IMG/VR virus record: IMGVR_UViG_3300045988_164636
Location: 1-64,000 of that record
Direction: 5' to 3' (one strand)
Origin: a virus
Length of the DNA stretch: 64,000 bases
Shown here one piece after another: positions 31,928 through 39,980 of this stretch; positions within the stretch are counted from its first letter, which is position 1; each line of letters starts with the position of its first letter. The position numbers were made by a program, and so were the translations under genes. The notes beneath the pieces are model-generated. The model saw only the letters and a program-made list of their open reading frames with translations. It did no database searches and was not told the origin of the DNA.

Positions 31928-32021
31928 CAGCAAATTATCAAAGAAGATTAATTATTCAATTTCATTTTTTTAAAAATTTTTGTTATAATTATTATAGTAA
32001 AAGAGAAAGGAAATTAAAAAT

Positions 32022-32444
32022 ATGAGGTTATGGCATACGGATTTAATATCTGTTCTTCCAAAGGAACAGCTTGTAGGTCAATGGAGAGAACTTTCCGCAA
32101 TAGCAGGTTCAATTAAGCAGAAAGGTACTCCCAACCATCTTCTTGTTAATTTTGTAATGGATTATGATTTAGACCATTTTATTAATTATGCTCGTATGAT
32201 AAGAGCGGAAATGACAAAAAGAGGATACAGAACTGCTAATTCTGTTTGGGAAAAGATAGCTTCTCTAAAAGAAGATTATACTCTTATAAAAGACAAAGAA
32301 GTTTATCCTGATATTATGAATAGTCAATATCTTTCAATTTGTTATGAAAATCTTCTGGAAAAATTCATTAGAGGTGGCATATCAGAAGAGGATATGAACA
32401 ATATAGAAGAAGTTTTTAAAGAAGCATTTGAAGTAAATATGTAA
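32022..32444 (+). CDS. pyrimidine-dimer DNA glycosylase (T4 endonuclease V-like)
   Basis: MRLWHTDLISVLPKEQLVGQWRELSAI follows the endo V N-terminal pattern (L..L....L..E.REL). Confidence 0.6.
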   Translation: MRLWHTDLISVLPKEQLVGQWRELSAIAGSIKQKGTPNHLLVNFVMDYDLDHFINYARMIRAEMTKRGYRTANSVWEKIASLKEDYTLIKDKEVYPDIMNSQYLSICYENLLEKFIRGGISEEDMNNIEEVFKEAFEVNM

Positions 32445-32512
32445 AAAAAATCATTTGAAAAAATAAAAAATTTTTGTTATAATATATATACAATAAAGAA
32501 AGGAAATAAAAA

Positions 32513-32746
32513 ATGCAGACGATTTATAAGATGAAGTTAAATACAATTAATGATGTTAAGTCTTTTGTCGATGCGGCAAATGAATATAAGGGAAGAATTA
32601 CTGTCCGCAATATGCACTACGCTGTAGACGGAAAGTCAATCATGGGAATTTTTTCAATTGATTTGTCGGGTATTCTTGATGTAGAATTTGATAATGAACC
32701 CAGTAATGAAATACTTGATTTATTTAAGAGTTGGAGAGTTAAGTGA
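32513..32746 (+). CDS. HPr-like domain protein lacking the His15 site
   Basis: AVDGKSIMGIFSIDL resembles the HPr Ser46 region (KSIMG..SL); no HARPA motif. Confidence 0.45.
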   Translation: MQTIYKMKLNTINDVKSFVDAANEYKGRITVRNMHYAVDGKSIMGIFSIDLSGILDVEFDNEPSNEILDLFKSWRVK

Positions 32747-33198
32747 AGGAAGTTCATATTTTAATAGGAATCCCCGCAAGTGGTAAATCTACTTTTGCTA
32801 AAAATTTTGTTTTCTCTCATAAAGGGTACAAAATTGTATCAACAGATGATATAAGATGGAAGTTATTTGGAGATGCAAGTATACAGGGAAATCCTAAGAT
32901 GATTTTTGCTATTGCTCACAAAGAAATTATGTCTTATTTAGATAAAGGATATAATGTTATATTTGACGCAACAAATATATCAAGAAAAAATCGAGTAAAT
33001 CTTATTAATTTTTTAAAAGAATGTGAAGTAGAAAATGTTGTGGCGGATTATTTTCCTGTTACAATAGATGTTGCTCTTGAGAGAAATCAGCAAAGAAAAA
33101 GACACGTTCCAGAAAAAGTTATTCATAAGATGTTTGGCAAAATTGAGAAGCCTAAATATGAGGAAGGATTTTCAGAAATAAATTGCCACAACGATTAA
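32743..33198 (+). CDS. P-loop kinase (polynucleotide-kinase / AAA_33-like)
   Basis: GIPASGKST Walker A, STDDIR, FDATN. Confidence 0.6.
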   Translation: MKEVHILIGIPASGKSTFAKNFVFSHKGYKIVSTDDIRWKLFGDASIQGNPKMIFAIAHKEIMSYLDKGYNVIFDATNISRKNRVNLINFLKECEVENVVADYFPVTIDVALERNQQRKRHVPEKVIHKMFGKIEKPKYEEGFSEINCHND

Positions 33199-33222
33199 TT
33201 TGAAAAAATAAAAAATTTTTGT

Positions 33223-33228
33223 TATAAT
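33223..33228 (+). promoter_or_regulatory. class II promoter -10 driving tRNA island C
   Basis: AAAAATAAAAAATTTTTGTTATAATATATATACAG. Confidence 0.6.
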
Positions 33229-33281
33229 ATATATACAGTTTGAGAAAGAAATAAAAATTAAAAAATCTCAAACTTAGATAT

Positions 33282-33357
33282 TGCGGGATGATGCAGAGGT
33301 AACATGTTAGCTTAGTAAAACTAATTACAGAGGGTTCAAGTCCTTCTCCCGCCACCA
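33282..33357 (+). tRNA. tRNA-like gene with expanded (8-10 nt) anticodon loop and U1-C72 mismatch
   Basis: Acceptor TGCGGGA/TCCCGCC, D ATGC/ACAT, anticodon stem TTAG(C)/(A)CTAA with loop UUAGUAAA, T GAGGG-TTCAAGT-CCTTC, A73, CCA. Confidence 0.5.
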
Positions 33358-33597
33358 GTGGATTTTCATATTCCGCTTTCTACGAGCGATAGCTTGCATG
33401 AGAAGTAGACGGGACCGGTCATCAATGATTGCAAGGTTGAGAACTTCCGCTTCAATTCCTTTAAATAGTTATATCTCCTGCGGGAATATGACAGCCTTGA
33501 AATTGCGATAGAGAGGTAGGTTTTATGGGAAGATAGCATAAAAAATGCACTTGATTGCAATGAGGGATATTGGTTGAAATCCAATTCTTCTCACCAA
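33358..33597 (+). ncRNA. ORF-free spacer ending in a tRNA-like T arm + acceptor + CCA
   Basis: 3' end ATTGG-TTGAAAT-CCAAT TCTTCTC A CCA; candidate 5' partners GAGAAGT (33400) or GAGAGGT (33511), but no canonical D or anticodon arms. Confidence 0.3.
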
Positions 33598-33600
33598 TAT

Positions 33601-33676
33601 GGAGATGTAGCTCAGATGGTAGAGCAACGGGCTTTTAATCCGTGAGCCAAGGGTTCGAACCCCTTCATCTTCACCA
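33601..33676 (+). tRNA. tRNA-Lys (UUU)
   Basis: Acceptor GGAGATG/CATCTTC, D GCTC/GAGC, loop CUUUUAA, T AAGGG-TTCGAAC-CCCTT, A73, CCA. Confidence 0.9.
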
Positions 33677-34102
33677 GCCGCAGTTTCTTATATAATTAAT
33701 CTGAGGGACTAAATTAAAATTGATTATATAGAGAGAATAAACATGGATTTAGTAGATAAACTACCACCGATTGATTAATTCAAGTATGTGGCTCGTGGCT
33801 TAAACTCTCTACAAAAAATAAGGCAAAGTAATCTACAATATGGTATTATCTGTACCAAGGTCTTAACCTCGAGACCTTATAAATAAAGAAGGAGATAATT
33901 GCTCTACTCGTAGTCTCATTAGCTTTAAAAGCAACAGAACGAGGACTAACTAAGTGATTCATGAGTCACTGGTTAGGTTCAGTAGTAGATTTAGCCTGTA
34001 TCGGCTTGGTGTACGAGAAATTGCGTCATAGACGTGGTTTCTGAGGCACGCTGGAGAATTTAGACATCCAGAGGAAGTAGATCCTACTACTGAATTAAAT
34101 AT
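33677..34102 (+). ncRNA. 426-nt ORF-free, highly structured RNA candidate
   Basis: Helices TTCAGTAGTAG/CTACTACTGAA (11 bp, enclosing about 95 nt), AAGGTCT/AGACCTT, CTGGA/TCCAG, CGTG/CACG, TATATAAT/ATTATATA; contains TAAGGCAAAG...CAATATGG. Confidence 0.4.
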
Positions 34103-34179
34103 GGCACCATCTTCTAATAAGGTCAGGAAACCGGTCTTTCACATCGGTAATATGGGTTCAAATCCCGTTGGTGTCACCA
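34103..34179 (+). tRNA. tRNA-Glu (UUC)
   Basis: Acceptor GGCACCA/TGGTGTC, anticodon stem CCGGT/ATCGG, loop CUUUCAC, T ATGGG-TTCAAAT-CCCGT, A73, CCA. Confidence 0.8.
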
Positions 34180-34184
34180 AATTT

Positions 34185-34263
34185 ACGTCATTAGCTCAGC
34201 TGGATTAGTAGCAACCGCCTTCTAAGCGGTAGGTCATAGGTTCGAATCCTATATGGCGTGCCA
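34185..34263 (+). tRNA. tRNA-Arg (UCU)
   Basis: Acceptor ACGTCAT/ATGGCGT, anticodon stem ACCGC/GCGGT, loop CUUCUAA, T ATAGG-TTCGAAT-CCTAT, G73, CCA. Confidence 0.85.
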
Positions 34264-34303
34264 ATCAAAAGAATTTTAATAATTATGGTTATTGATTCTG
34301 TTT

Positions 34304-34379
34304 ACCGGTATAGCTTAGTCGGTAAAGCGTCGGACTGTTAATCCGTAGACCGTAGGTTCAAGTCCTACTACCGGTGCCA
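34304..34379 (+). tRNA. tRNA-Asn (GUU)
   Basis: Acceptor ACCGGTA/TACCGGT, loop CUGUUAA, T GTAGG-TTCAAGT-CCTAC, G73, CCA. Confidence 0.85.
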
Positions 34380-34560
34380 ATGTCGTAGTTTGTATGTTTA
34401 CAGCGACTTTAAATAAATTGATTAGACATTCTATCAGGCTCATGTTGTTAGCACCTTTTGTGAAATTAGCTAATCTAAGTTAGCCGCCATCCTGATAAAA
34501 ATAAAAACTTTGCGAACAAAAGAGTGTAAGCGGATAATGCTTAGACATTTCCGTGTATTA
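34380..34560 (+). ncRNA. ORF-free 181-nt spacer with nested hairpins
   Basis: ATCAGG...CCTGAT stem (34431/34489) enclosing GCTAA/TTAGC; no tRNA cloverleaf. Confidence 0.25.
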
Positions 34561-34636
34561 GCTGGAATAGCATAATTGGTGATGCAACGCTCTTGTAAAG
34601 CGGAGACTGTAGGTTCGAGTCCCACTTCCAGCACCA
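34561..34636 (+). tRNA. tRNA-Thr (UGU)
   Basis: Acceptor GCTGGAA/TTCCAGC, D GCAT/ATGC, loop CUUGUAA, T GTAGG-TTCGAGT-CCCAC, A73, CCA. Confidence 0.85.
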
Positions 34637-34641
34637 TTTAT

Positions 34642-34715
34642 GTGGATATAGTTCAATGGTAGAATGCTAGCCTTCCAAGCTAGATATGCGAGCTCAATTC
34701 TCGTTATCCACTCCA
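34642..34715 (+). tRNA. tRNA-Gly (UCC)
   Basis: Acceptor GTGGATA/TATCCAC, anticodon stem CTAGC/GCTAG, loop CUUCCAA, T GCGAG-CTCAATT-CTCGT, U73, CCA. Confidence 0.8.
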
Positions 34716-34918
34716 TCAAGAACACCTCTTTCACTCTAAAAAGTTAAATTCTTGGAATTAATGATCAAACAACATAAAATCCGATGTTTTGTATTGGTAG
34801 TTGAAAAATAAAAAGGAATAATATTAGCAACAATATTATTATACTTATATTTTTTGAGTGCCATAGTTTTAGGTTAATAGAGTGGAGAATAAAAGGTTGC
34901 TATTTTATTCTCCGATAT

Positions 34919-34992
34919 TGCACAGTCGCCAAGTGGCAAAAGGCAGTAGACCTTGACTCTACCATTCGCTAGTTCGAATCTAGCCTGTGCAG
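34919..34992 (+). tRNA. tRNA-Gln (UUG) with C33, no encoded CCA
   Basis: Acceptor TGCACAG/CTGTGCA (U1-A72), Gln-type D arm TCGCCAAGTGGCAAAAGGC, anticodon stem GTAGA/TCTAC with loop CCUUGAC, T GCTAG-TTCGAAT-CTAGC, G73. Confidence 0.75.
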
Positions 34993-35287
34993 GACCAACG
35001 TCTTTAGTAACCTCCCCGTGGTGTTGGTTGGGTAATTCTAATACTAAAGTTTCGATAGAGGACACTTCCTCATAAAGCGGCTACAGCAAATATTCTTATA
35101 AATTGGATTATGAAAAATTTTTTCCGCTTTGTTAATTTATTTAAGACGGACAAACAGCAACTTCAAATGATAAATTATTTTTATGTTAAGCCTCCTTCCA
35201 TCCGTCTTGAAAATAGAAAGAGCCTTACAGCAAATATTCTTATAATACTTTTTATTATATTAATTAGGCTCTTGTATTTACAAAAAA

Positions 35288-35327
35288 TGCGGAATGATAA
35301 TATAAAAATCATTCCGCATTTTTTAAT
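35288..35327. terminator. bidirectional terminator hairpin
   Basis: AAAAAATGCGGAATGAT-loop-ATCATTCCGCATTTTTT. Confidence 0.75.
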
Positions 35328-35344
35328 ATAGAAAGGAATTAACT

Positions 35345-35623
35345 ATGGTATCATTTGAATTAAAAGAAAATCAAACTGGATATGAAGTCATAGAAGATTA
35401 TTTTGTAAAAAAATTTAATTTTCGTTTAGGAATTTATGAACAATATCTTGTTGCTTTGGAAATATCATATGATAATGTTTATTGGACAAGAGTTACAGAT
35501 ATATTACAAACAGATTCAATGTATTTTGAATGGGGTATAGATTGGTATGAAGGTGAAAAATATATTCATCTTTTAGGTGTTAAAAATATAGAAGATATTG
35601 ACATTATTGGAGAAGGAGTTTAA
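35345..35623 (+). CDS. hypothetical protein
   Basis: 92-aa ORF, RBS AAAGGAA. Confidence 0.55.
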   Translation: MVSFELKENQTGYEVIEDYFVKKFNFRLGIYEQYLVALEISYDNVYWTRVTDILQTDSMYFEWGIDWYEGEKYIHLLGVKNIEDIDIIGEGV

Positions 35624-35624
35624 A

Positions 35625-37073
35625 ATGACAATTACTGAACAACTTACAGATATGTTATCAGAAAAAAGAACTGAAAATGGAGCAATCTCATGGAGTACAA
35701 CACAGTCTAGAATTATAGATATGTTTGCTTCAATAGGCGGCAAAAGAAATGCTTCAACAGAAGAAATAGAAAATATATATCTTGCCGCACGAACAGAAAA
35801 TGCGGATTTAGCTGACAAGATGATTTTCTATTGTAGAGATATTCTTGGGGGACTGGGAGAAAGACGTATTGGAAGAATATTGCTTCATAAATTAGCTTGT
35901 ATTGACCCTGATAAAATGAAAAGAAATTTTAACTTAATTGCAAAGTATGGTAGATGGGATGACTTTTATTGTTTAGAATATACTCCCTGTGAAATGGATA
36001 TGTGGGAATATTTATATGGACAACTTATATTCGATCATATGGAATATACGTTACGCACTGGAAATGTTTCATTACTTGCTAAATGGCTTAAGAGTGAAAA
36101 TGCTTCTTCTGCGGAAGCTAAAAGACTTGCCCGCAAGTTTTGTCAGATAAATAATATCTCTTATAAAAAGTATAGAAAGATACTTTCAGAATTAAGAAAA
36201 TATATAAATGTAATTGAAACTAAAATATCTAAAAATGAATGGAATACAATTGAATATTCAACTATTCCTTCAATAGCTCATCATAAATATTCAAGTGCTT
36301 TTGCAAAACATGATAGAGAAAGATATACAGAATATCTTGAAAAATTAAAATCAAATAGTCCAGAAGTAAAGATAAATGCAAAGACGATAACTCCCGCAAC
36401 AATTATTTCAAATATATCTAATCCAGCGGCAGAAGCTCAGTGGAATGCCTTACCTAACTATTTTACTGGTAACAAGAATATCATTTGTTGTGCAGATGTT
36501 AGTGGTTCAATGAGGTATAGTGGCTGTTGTTCGGGAACTCAACCAATAGATAATTCAATAGGATTAGCAATGTATTGTGCAATGCACAATAATGGAATTT
36601 ATAAAAATAAATATTTGACTTTTACTGATAAACCTACATTAATTGAATATGATTCAAAAAGAGATTTAGCATATAACGTTGGACGAGCAAAAACTCATAT
36701 AGGATATAACACTAATCTCGATGGAATGTTTGAAGCAATTTATGAGGCGGCATCCGCAGCACACAGGTCACCAGAAGGTCTTGTAATTGTTTCAGATATG
36801 GAAATAGATAGCTTTTTAGCAGAAAATAAAACAGATGGCATAGTTGATAAGTGGTCAAAAAAGTTCCATGCTGCTGAGCTTGCATTTTTCCCCGTTGTAT
36901 TTTGGAATGTTGATGCTCGTAATGACTTTACTATATTAAATAAAATTAAAAATCCTTATGTTAAATATGCAAGTGGCAATTCTCCTACAATATTTAGCAA
37001 TCTTGAAACAATTATGGATAAATCTCAGTATGATGCAATAGTAGAAATATTAAATAAGTATGAAGTGGTTTAA
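35625..37073 (+). CDS. DUF2828/Ro60(TROVE)-like helical domain + vWA domain protein
   Basis: Start at MTITEQL after GGAGAAGGAG; N-terminal TENGAISWSTT...RDILGGLGERR...YGRWDDF pattern; MIDAS motif DVSGSM. Confidence 0.5.
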   Translation: MTITEQLTDMLSEKRTENGAISWSTTQSRIIDMFASIGGKRNASTEEIENIYLAARTENADLADKMIFYCRDILGGLGERRIGRILLHKLACIDPDKMKRNFNLIAKYGRWDDFYCLEYTPCEMDMWEYLYGQLIFDHMEYTLRTGNVSLLAKWLKSENASSAEAKRLARKFCQINNISYKKYRKILSELRKYINVIETKISKNEWNTIEYSTIPSIAHHKYSSAFAKHDRERYTEYLEKLKSNSPEVKINAKTITPATIISNISNPAAEAQWNALPNYFTGNKNIICCADVSGSMRYSGCCSGTQPIDNSIGLAMYCAMHNNGIYKNKYLTFTDKPTLIEYDSKRDLAYNVGRAKTHIGYNTNLDGMFEAIYEAASAAHRSPEGLVIVSDMEIDSFLAENKTDGIVDKWSKKFHAAELAFFPVVFWNVDARNDFTILNKIKNPYVKYASGNSPTIFSNLETIMDKSQYDAIVEILNKYEVV

Positions 37074-37171
37074 TACCACTTCATTTTTTTATATGTATGG
37101 GTAAAATAAAAACATCTAATTGCTGTATTTTTTAATTATTATTGTAATATAAAGAAAGGAGCTAATGTCTT

Positions 37172-37333
37172 ATGATTAATATAATCGGACAAGGAGATAA
37201 AACAACAACTTATTTAATGTCTTATGTTGCTGATACAGAAGCAGATATTACTGCGGAAGAACCTTCTGATAATATAGCAATTGGTAGCACTTGCTTAGTT
37301 ATAGAAACTTCTAATGTATATATTGCTTGGTAG
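37172..37333 (+). CDS. 53-aa hypothetical protein upstream of the fibre gene
   Basis: RBS AAAGGAG; too short for the ORF track. Confidence 0.4.
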   Translation: MINIIGQGDKTTTYLMSYVADTEADITAEEPSDNIAIGSTCLVIETSNVYIAW

Positions 37334-37371
37334 TGATAGACAATGGCATTTATTATAAGGGGGTAATTTAA

Positions 37372-39072
37372 ATGGATATGACTTTATATGCCCTTTTAAA
37401 CAAAAAAATAAAAGGCGTTATTTCTGGAGTAGATTCTGTTCAAGTAAAAAATCAAAATTTAGTTTTTAATTTTACAGATGGGTCTACTCAAACAATGATA
37501 TTCCCTACTCCCGCAGATGGAAAAAATGGTACTAGCATTATAGATATAGATGTAGATGCGGCTAACCATTTAATTTGTACAATGTCAGATAACACTATTA
37601 TTGATGCAGGTATAGTCAATACTGTGCAAGGTGAGAGAGGTCCCGCAGGAAAAAATGGAAAAGATGGCAAAAATGGTATCAATGGACAAGATGGTATAGA
37701 TGGTATTTCGCCTACTGTTACAATAACTGAATCAACAGGCAGACATACTATATCTATTACAGATAAAGAAGGAGTAAAATCTTTTGTTGTTAAAGATGGT
37801 TCTGCTCTTGATGTAGAAGACTATTATACAAAAGATGAAGTTAATGCAGAATTAGATAAAAAAGCTAATGCGGCAGATTTACCTACTATACCTACCAATT
37901 TATCTGAATTTAATAATGATGAAAACTTCATCAAAAATACTGTTGATAATCTTATTCATTACTATAATAAAGCAGATACATATACACAGACAGAAGTTAA
38001 TAACTTAATTGCAAATATACAAAAATTAACTTCTCAAATTGTTACAGAATTACCCACTGAAAATATTGATACAAGTGTTATATATTTAATAAAGCAAGAA
38101 GAATCTAATTCTTATATGCAATATATGTATATCAATAATGCTTGGGCGGAATTAGGTACAACACAAGTAGATTTATCTAATTATTATAATAAAAGTGAAA
38201 TAGATAATAAACTTGCGGAAAAGGCTGATAAAACAGAATTACCTACAGTTCCAACTATGGTTTCCGCATTTATTAATGATGCAAAGTATATAAGTGATTA
38301 TACTGAAACAGACCCAACTGTTCCTACATGGGCTAAAGCTAAAACTAAACCTACATATACAGCTGCAGAAGTTGGAGCATTACCTGATGATACTGAGGTA
38401 CCTATTTTTACTAATAAGCAAGTGCTTGATAGCATTACTTCTGAAAAAGTTAATGGCTGGGATGAAGCTGCCGCAAATAAGCATACTCATGAAAATAAAA
38501 TTGTGATTGATAAATTCTCTGAAAATGATGAGGGGAAAGTTGTATATGATAACAAACCTTTAGCAAGTGATAATCTTTGGCATGGTACGCAGGCAGATTA
38601 TGATGCTCTTGGTGAATATGACGAGAATAAGACTTATGTTATTACTGACGGCGGCGAAGATGTTGATTTAAGCGAGGTCGTAATTGACGATAGTTCTACT
38701 ACATCTGAAAAAAAGTCTTGGTCTGTGAAGAAGATAAATGATACTATTGTTTTGAAAAATACTAGAATATTATATAAAAACGCTCCGACATCTTCAGGAA
38801 TGACAACCTTTACATTAAATATATCCTCTTTAGGATTGACCCATGGCATATATCATTTTAAATGTTATATAGTAGGTAATGGCAATGTCGCTCATTGTGC
38901 TGAAGGCAGTATTGGACAATATAATGGTAGTTATTACATATCTATTGATTATAAATCATCTCACATTTCCAGTATCGTTGTAAACGGAACAACAATTACA
39001 GTCACAACTTCTGCAGCTCATTATAATCTTAGTTTTTCTATTCAATCAATATATGATTGGGCAGAATCATAA
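37372..39072 (+). CDS. tail fibre with collagen-like triplets
   Basis: GERGPAGKNGKDGKNGINGQDGIDG G-X-Y run; duplicated YY[TN]K[DS]E[VI]...LPT[IV]PT..S.F.ND fibre repeats. Confidence 0.8.
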   Translation: MDMTLYALLNKKIKGVISGVDSVQVKNQNLVFNFTDGSTQTMIFPTPADGKNGTSIIDIDVDAANHLICTMSDNTIIDAGIVNTVQGERGPAGKNGKDGKNGINGQDGIDGISPTVTITESTGRHTISITDKEGVKSFVVKDGSALDVEDYYTKDEVNAELDKKANAADLPTIPTNLSEFNNDENFIKNTVDNLIHYYNKADTYTQTEVNNLIANIQKLTSQIVTELPTENIDTSVIYLIKQEESNSYMQYMYINNAWAELGTTQVDLSNYYNKSEIDNKLAEKADKTELPTVPTMVSAFINDAKYISDYTETDPTVPTWAKAKTKPTYTAAEVGALPDDTEVPIFTNKQVLDSITSEKVNGWDEAAANKHTHENKIVIDKFSENDEGKVVYDNKPLASDNLWHGTQADYDALGEYDENKTYVITDGGEDVDLSEVVIDDSSTTSEKKSWSVKKINDTIVLKNTRILYKNAPTSSGMTTFTLNISSLGLTHGIYHFKCYIVGNGNVAHCAEGSIGQYNGSYYISIDYKSSHISSIVVNGTTITVTTSAAHYNLSFSIQSIYDWAES

Positions 39073-39091
39073 AAAAGGAGAGTGAAACAAT

Positions 39092-39976
39092 ATGCCTATT
39101 ATGCAAGGTAACAAGCAAGTTGCAAATGTTTATAATATAAATAACAATTTTTATTCTATGCCTATTGGTTGCATCATTCCTTTTAGCAGTAATACAATTC
39201 CTGCAGGTTTTTTACTTTGTGATGGTTCAGAGGTATCAAAGGCGGATTATGCAGATTTGTTTGCTATTATTGGAAATATTTATGGAGCAGCAATAGATAC
39301 AAGTAAATTCAAGTTACCTGATTTAAGGGATGAATTTGTACAAGGTGCTAATAATAATTTGGGCACGGGTAAAGATGCTGGACTTCCGAATATCACCGGT
39401 ACGTTTTATCATGATACAAATGCAAAAGCTGGACTATCAGGTGCGTTTACATATAAAGGTACAGGTCGACAAAATTTAGCAAATGACACGCCAACAAATT
39501 CTGGTCTAGTAACATTTGACGCTTCAAAATCAAACTCAATATATGGTAACTCAAACACAGTCCAGCCGCCGGCGGTTTGTCTTAATTATATTATTAAGGC
39601 TACAAATGTATCTGATATACCCATAGATACGACAAATATTATTGATGATACAACAACTACCGCAACAGATAAAACTTATTCTGCTAATAAGATAAATAAT
39701 ATGATGGCTATATTCCCTTTTAAATGGGAATTAATAGGAACCTCTTCTTCAGAAGAAGTTACAACTTTTAAGCAAACAATGTCAAGCGGAAGTCCTTTCT
39801 GTGTATATCACAGTTCTGGAATATTCTGTTTCGGTAATGGCATTCCCGCCAATAGAGGAAAACTCTACGGAATGACTACTGGAGCAGTTGCTTCTGTTGA
39901 ATATACTACTGCAGGTTTACTTACAGTACAAGTAACTGCCGGAACAGCTTATATTTATGAAATGAAAACAATATAA
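39092..39976 (+). CDS. tail fibre protein with phage tail-collar domain
   Basis: PIGCIIPFSSNTIPAGFLLCDGSEVSKADYADLFAIIGNIYG...FKLPDLRDEF is the collar-domain signature. Confidence 0.8.
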   Translation: MPIMQGNKQVANVYNINNNFYSMPIGCIIPFSSNTIPAGFLLCDGSEVSKADYADLFAIIGNIYGAAIDTSKFKLPDLRDEFVQGANNNLGTGKDAGLPNITGTFYHDTNAKAGLSGAFTYKGTGRQNLANDTPTNSGLVTFDASKSNSIYGNSNTVQPPAVCLNYIIKATNVSDIPIDTTNIIDDTTTTATDKTYSANKINNMMAIFPFKWELIGTSSSEEVTTFKQTMSSGSPFCVYHSSGIFCFGNGIPANRGKLYGMTTGAVASVEYTTAGLLTVQVTAGTAYIYEMKTI

Positions 39977-39980
39977 CTAT

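Noticed and set aside
33677-34102. tmRNA or RNase P RNA identity for the 426-nt structured spacer
   Set aside because: There is no GGGG...tRNA-like 5'/3' pairing with alanine-type acceptor, and no tag ORF ending in a hydrophobic ...AA stop. The GAGGAAAGTCC (RNase P CR-I) element is also absent. The class is left open.
31149-35065. ORFs 31149-31343, 33152-33355 (-), 33366-33584 (-) and 34874-35065 (-) inside tRNA islands
   Set aside because: They overlap tRNA or tRNA-like genes, lack RBS and have odd composition, so they are treated as non-coding.
35110-35331. ORF 35110-35331 as a membrane protein gene
   Set aside because: It has no RBS and lies between a 20-nt direct repeat pair. It runs into a bidirectional terminator hairpin and its composition looks non-coding.
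38294-38506. ORF 38294-38506 and other short frames within the collagen-like fibre gene
   Set aside because: They are nested in the well-supported 37372-39072 frame, which has G-X-Y triplets and fibre repeats, so they are spurious.
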